A stretch of 63,497 nt of DNA, counting the filler, from Choristocarpus tenellus KU-1152 (Eukaryota > Protista > Phaeophyceae), in NCBI GenBank assembly GCA_964200185.2. It is 12 parts of 12 records of this genome, joined end to end, with 100 filler letters (N's around TTAATTAATTAA, not from the genome) between each part and the next. Parts side by side here need not be neighbours in the genome. Positions count along the whole stretch, not along the records: positions 46,509 to 51,870 come from CAXNAD020011035.1; positions 51,971 to 54,770 come from CAXNAD020024647.1; positions 54,871 to 60,799 come from CAXNAD020009385.1; positions 60,900 to 63,497 come from CAXNAD020026408.1; 8 more parts are not named here. The stretch is one strand, 5' to 3'. The notes under the pieces are model-generated. The model saw only the letters and a list, made by a program, of their open reading frames with translations. It had not been told where the DNA came from and ran no database searches. The translations under genes were made by a program, and so were the position numbers. Below, in pieces: positions 51,403 to 63,497 of the stretch. How positions within the stretch are numbered: position 1 is the first letter of the stretch; every line of letters starts with the position of its first letter.

Positions 51403-53175
51403 TGTATGCAAGTATTTTTTGTGGAGAGAAGCGTTCAACACCGTGGCGGTGTTGAAGTTAAGTGGTGCTCACAGAAAGGTTTGTCTATGTGTGGCGTAAT
51501 CTGTTGGATCATGTTTCCCTATACTCAGCAAAGGGTCTTGCACAACACAATTCTGGTGCAACCTGACCCTTTGTGCCATGTCTCTCTACCTGCCGGCTTG
51601 CCGTACCGATGAGGGCGAAGGCAAGAGCTCTCGTCATACCTCCAGCTCGAGTTAGATTGTGCGGCATGATGAAATTTGGTGTGTTAGGATTTGGTGCGTG
51701 TTGAGTCAGAGTTTATGAAGTAAACTGGCTGGGGGCACAGGACAAGAATGTGGGAATAGAAAAGAAAGAAAGAAGAAGAGAATGAATAGTTAAGGAAGGA
51801 ACGAGAGAGTTAATGAAATTGAGTGGTAGGCAGAAACAGAGGATAGCAGTCAGGAAATAAGGGGTACGAGNNNNNNNNNNNNNNNNNNNNNNNNNNNNNN
51901 NNNNNNNNNNNNNNTTAATTAATTAANNNNNNNNNNNNNNNNNNNNNNNNNNNNNNNNNNNNNNNNNNNNTTTTTTTTTTTTTTTTTTTTTTTTTTTATT
52001 TTTTGGGTGGGTGGGGAAGTACCAATAATATCCCTTATGAAAAATATGTATTTCTCCCACACCACAGGTGGATTCAAGTCTCTTGCATTATGCATTAAAA
52101 AAAAGAAGAATAAAAACGTGTCCCGGTACAAGCCCGAAACTAAAGACAACAGAGACCAAGTCTTGAACAAGCACCAATAAACTTAGAAACACACAGTCAG
52201 TGCAAAAAAAAAGAAAAGAGAGAGAGAGACCGATCGACAAACAGGAAGGCAGGCCACGAAAAATAAAACAAAAAAATACTCTTACGCTTCAAGTTTGTGA
52301 CCGCTCACGATGTCAATCGCGACAGTTCAACAATCGGCTTCAGTTCGACCAATCAGAAGAACCACCACCACCACCACCATCAACAACAACAACAACAACT
52401 GTTCTGAAAAAATTCAGACGTTCGGGGTTTTCTTGAAGTCACAACACAAGCAGAGGCGTGACTATCGAGCATGTCAGAGGTCACGAAACAAACCACACAA
52501 GACTCGTGACAAGGCGTCACTAACCGCATCCAATATGTATGCCACTGTTTGTGGCTTCGGATCTGCCTGCTGAGACCCGTTGAGACTTTGGAGCTCAAGT
52601 CTCATGTGCAGACAGTTCAACAGGAACAATCCAAGTTTTTTTTTTTTTTGGGGGGGGGGCGATTAATTCTAGCCGTAAACTAGTTTGATTTACAACATTG
52701 TTACACACACACACACACACACACACGCGCACGCACGCACAACACACACAACACACACATACACACATACATTTCCGTGTGAACACACCAATCGTACAAG
52801 AACACACCCCAATATTGCAAGACAAAAGTGAGCAGACGCATACAACCTGTGAAACAACATACAGAAGGGTCATAAGCCAAGAGGAACAAACGAAAACGCT
52901 GAAAAACCAATCTTTGGCAGTTTCGTAGGGGTAGGATAGGGGACAAAGATTACAAGAAGCAACATTTAAGAATAGTGAATGAAACCGACGGAAGAGAGCC
53001 TTATTTTGTCTCGCATCGAGCCAATCGGATATCATTCGTTCACCAGAAATGAAAAAAAAAGTTTGGTGGACACACCCTCATTTTTTTTTTTAAGATGTAC
53101 TGTGTGGCAACTTGTACATACATATATACATAATACATACATACATAATACATACATACATAATACATACATACA

Positions 53176-53208
<33 letters not shown>

Positions 53209-54438
53209 CTCCCTGCAAGGGCTACAAGCCAATACTGCACCTATGAATGTGAGGGTGGAGGCGAAGAAGGCCAAGGGTACATAAGCAAGTGGGTCGGCTG
53301 TGATCAGGCACAAGGCTAGCTCACTCGCAGACACCACCCACCCAATCAAGCGTGAGTTCGTCCCGGTCCGTCGGGTGAACAGGGTTTGAGAGAAGATGTA
53401 GCTGAATAGGAGAGGATCAGGGGTTGGGAAAGTCGGGATTGGGGTGAGGAATTTTTGAGAGGGTCGACAACAATATATCATTAGTGGGAAAAAAAAAATT
53501 GCAGCATATTTCAAGAATACACTGTACCTAAACCGGAAGTACTTAAAAAAAAACGGAAAAAAATAGTCTCTCCAAGTGGTGAACAAGGGGGACGACACTT
53601 TTCCCCAATCATACCTTTTATGCATGGATTGCCCATTTTGAAAAAAAACAACTATTAATAGACTATATATATGAAGTAATGAGTAGATACACCATTATTT
53701 GTGTATGGTCATCCTCATCGGCTCTTCTTTTTTTTTGTCAAAAGCGGTAAAGAAAAAATTCTCTTCAAAGTGGATTTTACTTTTTTTATTTTGCACAAGA
53801 AAAAAAAAGTCAATGTTCGTGTTACCATATTGCAAATAAGTCGACACACACACACATAAAAAAAAAATATATATATATATACTTGAGTATACTTTTTTTT
53901 TCCAACATGAACGGCCAGAAGGATAACAATAGCACCGGGATAAAGGTTAGGGATAGGTGCAAGGCAAGTCGGAGTGGGTTACCCCTAAGTCACTTTCACA
54001 GGCAAAACTATGCTTCACAAGTACTCCCGCTTTTTCTTTTTCGGAAATATAAAAATTCAAGTTTCGGTATAGTGTGAGTCAATATGACACAGACTAGTCC
54101 ACACCGTTTGTGAACGCTGGAGGTGCCTACGTTGGTGAGATATGAAACACAACAATCAACATCATTGTTCGATCAGGTGACATCACTTGAGAAATCAAAT
54201 ACTCCAGAGTAAATAAGCAATAAAGAAAATATTTTTCTTGTCTATCATAAGACACTACTTCGAAATACAACACGAACAATAATATAACGTAACAATTTGG
54301 AGATCTAACATTTGGGGCCACGGCCAAGAGATACAGCGTCCATTTACCTCCCCGTGAAACCACCGGTTAGTCCCGACACCACATTTGACCAACCCACTGT
54401 CTCCAGCTCCTTATTGCTATCCAATGGCTCCCCCATGT
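53209..54438 (-). CDS. SulP/SLC26 anion transporter, internal exons (54438-54348, 53401-~53209)
   Basis: Splices to DMGEPLDSNKELETVGWSNVVSGLTGGFTGSYIFSQTLFTRRTGTNSRLIG...YVPLAFFASTLTFIG, the SulP DxNxELxxxGxxNxxSGxxGG motif. Confidence 0.85.
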
Positions 54439-56649
54439 CTGGGACACAGCACGCATGCAGGACACATGCAGGACACATGCAGGGCACATGCAGTCAGAGC
54501 TATAAAATGACCATCCACACAACCCTCTGCGTACAGGCATATTTCCGTAGGTAAACATGGATACCACCAATGGCGCATTTGCGTGCATTCTTAAGCAGTT
54601 CATGAAGGAGTGCGTACTTCTAGACTGGTGATTGGCATAAATAATTCACAAGATATTTTAAAGACCCAATGTATCTGGGGGGGGGGGGGTCTACACCAGG
54701 GTGTCCATTTGGGCCATAAGCAGGAAAAGTGAACTTACAGTATCCATCCAAGGTCCCCAACCAAAACACCNNNNNNNNNNNNNNNNNNNNNNNNNNNNNN
54801 NNNNNNNNNNNNNNTTAATTAATTAANNNNNNNNNNNNNNNNNNNNNNNNNNNNNNNNNNNNNNNNNNNNGTCGCCATTATACAGTTGGGAAATTCTGAC
54901 TGTTATGATTTTTTTTTCAGTATTCCAATGTTGCCAATGGTTCAGTTGTAGAAATCTGACTGTAGGTATATACCAATTGTAGAAACTTTTCCAAGTCGTA
55001 ACCTTAACTGTAATAAAAAAAAATGGTTGTTACCATCGCTTCTGTAGGCCCCTTAGAAATTCACCATGAGTGAGAAGAAGAGTTGACCACAATGATTGAG
55101 AAGTCACAACATCGAGGTTATGAAGACAGAAACATTTCCCTGGCTTTCACACCCAAGAACCCAGTGAGCAGTTTCAGTTCACGATGATATGGAATCTCAC
55201 AGCTGTTGGCAGGATAATATGTTGTTGCGACTCATGCAACAAGTATTGTGAGGATCATTAGATATCTCCAGTGATTAGTGCTGGTGTGTGTTTCATCAAT
55301 GACAAATAACTGTGCGCGATATACACTTGAGTGTGTGTGCAGGAACGATCATGACTGAAATCAGCACCCAACCGTCACAATTGTTTACTTTTGTGTTACA
55401 TCACTTCACAAGGGTTTGAGTTCGAGTTAATATCACAGCGGTCGTACTAGTAAGAGGATACGGTATATTTGTATCTCGATTTCCACACACTGGTTGTTTT
55501 ACACTACATTTCATACTAATGTCAGCTAGCTCTACATAGACGTACACCACACAATACATCCAACCAACCGATACTTTACCATTGCTTCAACGTCAGGTGG
55601 ATAGTGGCAGGCAGAGGAATAGAGCAGACTCAAGGTACTCAAGCTCAAGGTTAGAGAGTAGAATCAACATCAACCACAACTACAGAGAATATAGTTTTAC
55701 ATTTTTGGGGTTAAGCAGGAGAAGAGGCATACAATGACCACTCAGGTCGCCAAGAAGCTCACCCCAAAGCAGCTACTTGTATGGGAGAGTGCTTTCATGC
55801 ATTTGTTGGTCAGTACATCGCTTTTTGTCTTTTCGAGATGAGGCTTAATTGTTAAAAGTTCAAGGTTATTTACTGTTATGATGCTCTTGGTTACTAAATG
55901 GGGATACGTGTGATGTATGATCTGTTTTTGTCTTTAAAAAAAATCATACCTGATTTGATATGCGCACTTTGGCTCTCTTTGTTTTTGGGATAACATTGAC
56001 TTCGTTTTTTAAAGAGAGCTTTGCGTCTGTTTAATATCTGTGAGAGCTTGTATGTTGTAAAGATATTTATTTCCCAGATAAGAGATAGCCTCACCTCCAA
56101 ATTCTGTACCCGTTGGTATTATTCTTCATACTATGTAGGAACAGTAGGAATCACAACCATGGGAAATAAACAGTTGGTGGTTGTTAGCAATCTGTGTCAA
56201 TTATTGTGTGTGTGTTTTGGGATGATTGGACTCACCAAGTAGGCGTGATGAAGATGTGCACCTTTTTATTCTTAATTTGTGAATAGACACTCTAGTCATC
56301 AATGGGGGATTTTTAATATATTATCTTGCCCTGAATACCGTTGTGTCAGATCAGTTGTTACTTGTTATGCGAAGGGCATGTCCGTCTTGTACACTTAATA
56401 TTTTTGACTGCGGATGTTCGGTATCACTCGGAAGGTGGATTTCAGCTTCGCTAGTAGGTATTTTAACCTGTGAGTGACTGCACCCAGGACAAACGGAAGC
56501 AGTGAGTATCAGCCACTCAGTACTTGTCTTTTTTCCTTTTGGTGATCGTCTTCTTCCCTTGCATGAAGAAATGCTTTAGCATCAGCAATAAATTTATTCA
56601 CTATGGAGTTCACATTACGTGTACCATCTCTTCCCCACCCTACTCATAA

Positions 56650-59600
56650 TCCATGCAAACATGGTGGAGATGACGGGTGTCCTCTTAGGAGGGCATCAGC
56701 TATGGATGATATTGCGAGGAATCAACAGTGAGTTTAGGGTGATTGTTGGCCAGCATTCTTTTCTACTCTGAATTCTATAAATTGTATATTAAGAGCACAA
56801 GAGGTGCTTCTCACCTTTCTAATAGTCTGTGTTTACAAGTATTGTTTGTAGATCTTGTGTATGAGGCTGAATTCTTGGGTCGGGCAGGAGGGGCTATTGA
56901 CGGAAACGTTGGACTGGTAGATAATGAAGATAACATCTGAGGATTTTCTTAGGAAGGGATTCGTTATTCTTCCAAGGCATGCAAATACTCCAGGGAAATA
57001 GTAGATGCTAGTATATGCTGCACCTTAAAGCTAGGTCAAACTTGAAAAGAGCCCTCTTGCTGTATATTCTCTCTATATATGTTATTTATGTGAAAATTCT
57101 ACTAGTAGGAAGTAGTTTGCAAGACGGTTGCAATTCAAAATGGATGATGGAGAGAAAAGTAGTTTACTTTTTTCAAAAAAGTAATTTATTTGATTGGGTA
57201 TTCTCCAGCATGTAGACCACCTGTGGCTGCCAATCGATGGATATCCCCAGGAGGATAAGTTAGGGATGTTGGTCAGCATCATTAATCACTAAATAACACG
57301 TGATATATACTACTACTGTATGTGGCTACTGTATGTGGGATGATTGCACACAGCTATGTTGATTTGTGAAGAAGCAAGTCAGAGATGTATATTACTCCAT
57401 GTACATACAGATATGCTGTGGGCATGGTTCCTGATTTATTATCACTGCTGCACTTAACACATAATCTTTTGAATACAGAGTTGCTCAGAGCCAAACCAAT
57501 TGAGAGTATTGAGGCTTGGACCCCTTTGGCATTCTAAGTAATCTTTAGTATTCCGTGCATTACACTCTATTTCATTGTTTCATGTGCACAATGAGTATGC
57601 GAAATTGGCAATTCCCCCTTCTTTGCGCACACAAAAACAAGACACTACAATTCAGCGAAGGCTCTTTCTGGAATTGTACCGAATGGCATATCTTCTTGCC
57701 CTTTCCTGCCTATCTTCAGTTGATTTGACTCTCATTGACACCCAGAGTTACCTCTTCTAGAAAATATGTTTTTGGTCATTCACTTGTATGATAGGGAACA
57801 AAAAATTGGAATTTTCCCATGCATAGTGTAGGTTGTCGCTGGTGGGGGGGAGGAAACTGAAACGAGGCTCAATCTGGTGCCGTGTCGTGTGCGTGTGCGC
57901 ACTCTGTTAGAGTTTCACAGCATATACCTACCTCACTCTGCCACAATGATGATGCCTGCTTGTTTTGTCTTATAACACGTTATGTGGTACATACATATCA
58001 CCTCCTTTCCTCCCAACAATCCTTACTTATTAGTCTTGGACATCTTTTCATTTATTTTTATCGGGTTAGTGATAAAGTTGTCTGTCTCTATGTCTACGGT
58101 TCCAAAACGTAGTAACATATATCTCCTACTACCTTTATTACTGATTCAAACCGAGAGGTAGGGAGGTTCGCTTTTTGAGGTCCCCGAGAAGGGCAAAAAG
58201 ATGCGATTTTGTACGCCTGTAGTAGAAGAACTTTAGGTGAATTGAGGTCTCAGTTTGTGTATGGTAAGGAGGGGATATCGACTTTATGTATATTATTGTA
58301 TACATAAAGGAAATAGAGTATTGGAGAGTAATAAAGATTGTTTATAACGCGAAAGGGTATACCTCGGATCTGAAATCTCAACTCAAAAATGAGTTCTAAA
58401 TTCTGGTTCTGGTTCTGGTTCTACTTCTATTTCCTACCAAAATTGAACTAGTATGTATTCTATTTCCAATAACTACAAATATTCTATACTGATTCCATAC
58501 AGAAATAGTAATAACAAAATATTTTATGAGGCAAACATCGGGTGTATATTCTACCAGAAATAAAAAGTGAAAGTCCCTCCGACCTATTGTGATTTGGTTC
58601 CTAATTACTCTTCGGGAAAGAAAGACCCTTCACAGACAGTAGTAGTGTGGGTCTGGCTCCTTGTCGGGTATTTCAGTACCTTACCAGATTTACACCTCTT
58701 TCATTGTACACAGAGGCCAAGATGATGCAGGTGTGAGAGTGTTGTGCGTGCTATGTTCTGGGGAAAATATGTTGGTAGTGATTGAGCATGAGGATACTTC
58801 TATGCAATCGTTTGATGGCTCCGTCTTGCTGCCCTAACGTTCGTGGTGACCCTGGTTTTACCAATGTCGTGCAAAGCCTATACCAATAATGGTGAAACCT
58901 TCTTAGGCATTGCTTTGAATGCTTACCCTAGGTATCCTTGCCTCTAATGTAGGTAGTGTTGCGTTGGTCCAACAGAGACGCGTTGACTCGCTGAACCAAC
59001 TTCGACTCGCTGAACCAACTTCGACTCGCTGAACCAACTTCGACTCGCCGAATCAAGTTCTAGACATTCTTACCTCTCTGCCCCCACTATCACTTCCTTC
59101 TAGGGCTCGGGGAATACGGAAACCTATGGTGCCACTACAGATGGATCGGGTCAGGTAGGCGTGGAAGGCCTCTGTTGACGTTCACCTTGATGATAACCAG
59201 AGTCCTCATCACCTTACAAGTTCAGCTGTTACATGTCTAGACCTAGGTGGTCTTCAAATCTGTAGCTCCCTGGCCTTAGTACCCTAGAGAGTTGGCAGTC
59301 CGACTTAGTCCATTTTGCAGGTGGTTTATTGTACGGTCCTGGTGACTTGGTCGTTCGAAATTCGACATATAAATAATAATAATCTTGTGGAACAGGCTTG
59401 ATAAGGCAATCGATAGTAGGTGTTAAGACGAGCAATATCCTGCCAACCACGCATTGTATGTTATTGCCACTAGTTTCTTTTGTCGCAATCGCTCAAGGTT
59501 AAGTGTTCATCTTTGATGCAACATGGATATTCTAATTGTCAAAGTTAGTGGTCATACTTTCTTGTCAATGTGTCAACCTTGCTTCTGCAGAGCACATCCG

Positions 59601-60098
59601 TTATGGCTGATTGCATAACCAAGTACTTTGCATTCTTGGCACCCACCGTTCCGACAATCCTATTCCAAGCTGACGACACAACTTCTCCATATTATTTAGC
59701 ACGACCTAAATGCTGCGTCTGCCTGGCAATGAACCCCTTTTTGGTTTAGGAAATGAGGGGCCTAACTACCTAGCAGAGTCCTCGATGCCGACTCTTTCTT
59801 GTTTAAGATCTATGTCTGTCAAGCAGAAATATACCACTTGCCCGTGAGAGTCATAAAGTCTTGGGTGCGTATAAAACCCCCTAGCTATATCCTCGTCCTC
59901 TGAGAGGTGAGACCACCGTATTATAGGTGAGATCGGCTAACTTTCGTGTCCAAAATATGATACATCCATGCACTAGATATCAAACTTCATACTTTTGCCA
60001 TTTCTGTATTCCCTCAGGGCGACCAATCCAATCTCATGGCCACAGCTGTTGCTGGTGCTGCCGTGGATGTCTTCAAGACTGAGGGGGCCAAGCTCCAG
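56650..60098 (+). CDS. Scattered candidate exons of an unidentified gene or pseudogene
   Basis: AG/GT-bounded protein-like segments: DLVYEAEFLGRAGGAIDGNVGL (~56851), DHLWLPIDGYPQEDKLGML (~57215), GDQSNLMATAVAGAAVDVFKTEGAKLQ (~60018). I could not build a consistent model. Confidence 0.25.
58985..59050. repeat. 19-bp tandem repeat x3.5 (gactcgctgaaccaacttc)
   Basis: Visible in sequence. Confidence 0.9.
59150..59950 (-). mobile_element. Highly decayed LTR retrotransposon integrase C-terminal region
   Basis: NKPPAKWT...CQLSRVLRPGSYRFEDHLG resembles the gypsy KL-x-x-KW-x-GP...Y GPY/F module. Confidence 0.4.
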
Positions 60099-62068
60099 GT
60101 TGGTGGTCGAATGTTTTTGCATTGTTAGGTTGTAATCTTATTGCACTATTCTCTTATTCGTGTACTTGGTGTACACGTGCATGCAAGATGGCATGTCAAC
60201 AATGAATCTCTCTTTTTTGCCTTGGAAATACTAGGATTGGAGGGTTAGGGTTAGGGTTGGCGTGGGGTACAGTACAAGGACTTTCTCCTTTCTTTTGGCT
60301 CTTCTTGGGATGACAAGTGCTAGAAAAGTGCCCATGACTTTCCTGTGCATACTGCCCAACTGTTGAATACTATGCAGTGATGTGCTGTTTCTTGTTCTAG
60401 ATACAGTCCTATCCACTCTAGATCTCCAATTATTGCCACCATCTCATAAGCCTTCCCGTTTTTTTCCAACATTTGGTGGGCCGGTGTTGATCATGTATCA
60501 CTCACACTGTAGAAGTGAGGCATTTACGGCGCAAGTGTGACCTTCTGTACATAACTGCCAATGTACAGAATTACCCCTGACATTTTGTCCACCCTTGCCC
60601 AATATATGCATAAATCATAGTGCACCAGCTCTGTGCGCTTGGGTTGGCCTCACCTACAAATATTTTCATAGGAGTGATGAACACACTCAACCTTTTTGCC
60701 TAACCCTAACCCCACCCCACCCCCACCGCCACCCCCTATGCCTCTTATGTCTGATGTTTTTTGCACGTGTGTGTGTGTGTGTGTTTTTCCAAACTGTTTN
60801 NNNNNNNNNNNNNNNNNNNNNNNNNNNNNNNNNNNNNNNNNNNTTAATTAATTAANNNNNNNNNNNNNNNNNNNNNNNNNNNNNNNNNNNNNNNNNNNNT
60901 AACATGTTGTACAGGAGGCGTCAGGAGGACACACCGCTTGAGATTGAGAGTTGGGAGGGGGGGAGGGGGGCGGGGTGAATGAGGGTGGGTACCTAAATGG
61001 AAGATGGGATCTCCTCACAAACAGATACAATCCCCTCGTCCTATTTACTAGAAAGAAGTGATGCAGAAAGAAACAAGAAAAAGGACCTGAAAAGTCGAGC
61101 TATTGCAGCACAGGAAAAGATAGCTTACATGAGGTGTATCAATATTTGTCTGTGTGTGTGTGTGTTGAGTGCATTCATTCACCATAGCCCCTTTTTTTCA
61201 CTCCTGTGATTTAAACACATTCAAAATGCTGACAGACATGCTTCTCCCCTATATATTTCAACTATCCTGGTGCACATTGCAAGAAAGCAATCCCCAAACA
61301 TGCACACATACCTGCTCATGAACAAGCTACCGTTTCCAGGTGACACATGTGTACGAAAGATCATATAGGGGGGCAGGTTGGAGAGTGGAGGTATAGTCAG
61401 AAAACCAGACACAGGTTTGGACTTCAGTAAATTCACATTGTAGAATTCACAGGGTGCATTGAAAGACATGATGGGTGAGAGTGCCAAGAATGCAGTACAC
61501 CTTGTACTAATCCATGTTGGAGTAAGGGCGGATTTACTACAAGACTTCTCTTCCATCATATTAGGGAGAAAGGTCTTCAAGTGACATATTGAGACTCGAG
61601 GATGAACAATATCTTGCCTCCTGGAACAAACACCCATTTCAGTTGGGTAAAAATACGGACTACTTAAACCTCAAATATATAGTTCACAATATGACATATC
61701 CCATCTGGGCACGACTTGTCATTCATTCATTTTCCCTGCTGACTCAAATGATGTAGATTCTAGGTGAGGAATCTAGCAGGAAAAGAGGTAGTATGTGCCA
61801 TGCAAATGTATGAATACATACACTCAAAACAGATTAAGGTCGAGATTGAGTCAAGGATTTTGGCAATCATAATATATGCCAGCTGGTGGTGGCCTTGACA
61901 GGGGGGGTTAAGCACAGTGCAGTATCACTTCCACCTTGGTCCACCCAGGACAAACTCCTACTCTGAGTTGAACACGGACCTATTTATAACTCATACCCAG
62001 TACCTGGTGATACTGATGACCTTACACATTGGAATTAGCCCCGATCAAGATAAATTAGTCAGTAGCTT

Positions 62069-62248
62069 GGGACAAAGTATCTGGGGGGAGGGGATGGTTT
62101 GTGAGGGAGCGTCCGTTTCGGTCAAACAGCCATTTTTTTGCTGACACTTCAAATCCGACACGTGCGACCAAATCACACCAAAAAAGTGACAAACGAAAAA
62201 AGGATAAAAAACGGGAGCCGACACCCCCCCCCCCAGATACTCTGACCC
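62069..62248. mobile_element. MITE family A (poly-G/poly-C subterminal), full-length
   Basis: gggacaaagtatctggggggg ... ccccccccagatactctgaccc inverted termini; flanks GCTT/TCTT. Confidence 0.8.
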
Positions 62249-63435
62249 TCTTGCTTGATTCTTGAGTTCACCATTCTCACGCCTCAAATCTTGGCACGTG
62301 ATGGAGAGTAAGTTCACTGCTTTGGAGGCCTGAGACCTCGCCCTGATGTCCAATGTACTGCGGCACTGTGTGTGGCAGTTGAGTTGGATCCATGTCAGAA
62401 AGTATCATTTTTGTTGCAGATGAAATCTTGTCCGTTGGGGTTATGGTATTGTGGTTGTTGGGGGAAATCGGATCAAGCAAATGTGGATCAACGAACATCA
62501 CCTCTTCAACATGCCCCTCGTCGTCAGCCATCATAAAGACCTAGAGAAGGTCGCCAACTTTGCCCGTCGTGTATCAGAAACAAAATTCTACTGCCGTATT
62601 CAGGGAAGATCTTCCACGAAGAGCTTCGAATTCAGAATTCAACCACCGTGAGACAAAGGAACCTGAGGGTAGGACCTGGTTTCCTGACTTTTGTTTCCCT
62701 GCCTAACCGCAAAATGCCTCTGCTTGACTTCGAAGTCTGAAGTACGAACGATTCAGGACCCTTGACGGTCGAGAGAAGAAACTCTCTCCGTTGGCAGTTT
62801 AACGCCATGATCAGCCTTAGACCAATGGACTCTATGCTGGACTGGAGAACTCAATAGCTGGACACGATACCTGTCGTGCGTTCGTTCTTTGGCTTCTTCA
62901 CTAAACAATAGCAGTAGTTGGTAGTTGAAATTCAAAAGACAATACTACAAAACCTCATCTTCCCCATTACTGTATTGTATCCGAATATATATATACGGAC
63001 TGTATATATGAAAAAGAAATATATACATCACATTACACATAAATATAGTACAAAGAAGGACAGACAAGAAGGGGGGTGTATTTAACACGTACGGTCACAG
63101 TAGTTGGCAGTGTCTGCAGGGGTATGGACATCCCTTGCACTCTCTCGAAGATGGATATTCCTTCCCCATTGACCGGATTTTGCAGCAGTACCGGTGGGTG
63201 TCGAAGTTGAAGAGCAGTTCATTCGACTTGAATATCTGGTTTTGTGCTAGTATTTTGTTTGTGTTAGTAGTGCCTGATTTTGTGACCACCTGGAGATGAG
63301 TAACCCGCATCTATGTGGGTTGCCCATCTCTACATTTGTTTTCATTTATTAAGAACAATATCGTTTCGATCCTAGGGTGATTGTGGGTACACCTGACTGA
63401 ACTCGGACCACAGCAACTAATAAATAGTAAGGATT

Positions 63436-63497
63436 GAGCCAAAGTATCTTAGAGGGTAGAGCCGCGTCCATTTGGGGGTCAAAATCTAATGTTGTGA
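63436..63497. mobile_element. MITE family B, start of a copy cut by the window end
   Basis: gagccaaagtatcttagagggtagagccgcgtccatttgggg. Confidence 0.8.

Noticed and set aside
52595-53240. Cys/Val/His-rich ORFs
   Set aside because: They arise from (CA)n and (TACA)n microsatellites in introns.
61221-62935. Protein-like ORFs near the window end
   Set aside because: They are stop-riddled, have no recognisable motif and give no consistent splice model.
1-63497. Functional gene cluster linking LHCF, EB1, LAP, SulP, etc.
   Set aside because: The genes lie on separate contigs that were concatenated artificially.

Overview
This is eukaryotic nuclear DNA, almost certainly from a brown alga or close ochrophyte. 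The evidence is an intron-containing LHCF gene with an ASAFAP-type targeting motif, TTAGGG repeats, and many short exons. The window is not one locus. It is about 12 short contigs joined by artificial 100-nt N...TTAATTAATTAA...N linkers, so adjacency across linkers means nothing. Hand-spliced gene models: a Ski2-like helicase fragment, an apparently complete EGF-like + ~7TM receptor-like gene, EB1 5' exons, LHCF, the N-terminal half of an M17 leucyl aminopeptidase, SulP/SLC26 exons, and an RD/RS-rich C-terminal exon. Decayed TEs include a CRE-like RLE domain, Ty3/gypsy, pogo with a PHD-like finger, DD39D mariner, and a large G(A/G/C)-YCAAAGTA MITE group that sits at many contig ends. The most unusual signal is a dense scatter of 2-5-unit TTAGGG tracts in both orientations inside introns. 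It includes a perfect head-to-head (TTAGGG/CCCTAA) palindrome flanked by an 18-bp direct repeat, and tandem units of telomeric repeat plus duplicated flank. These look like scars of telomerase-assisted double-strand break repair.
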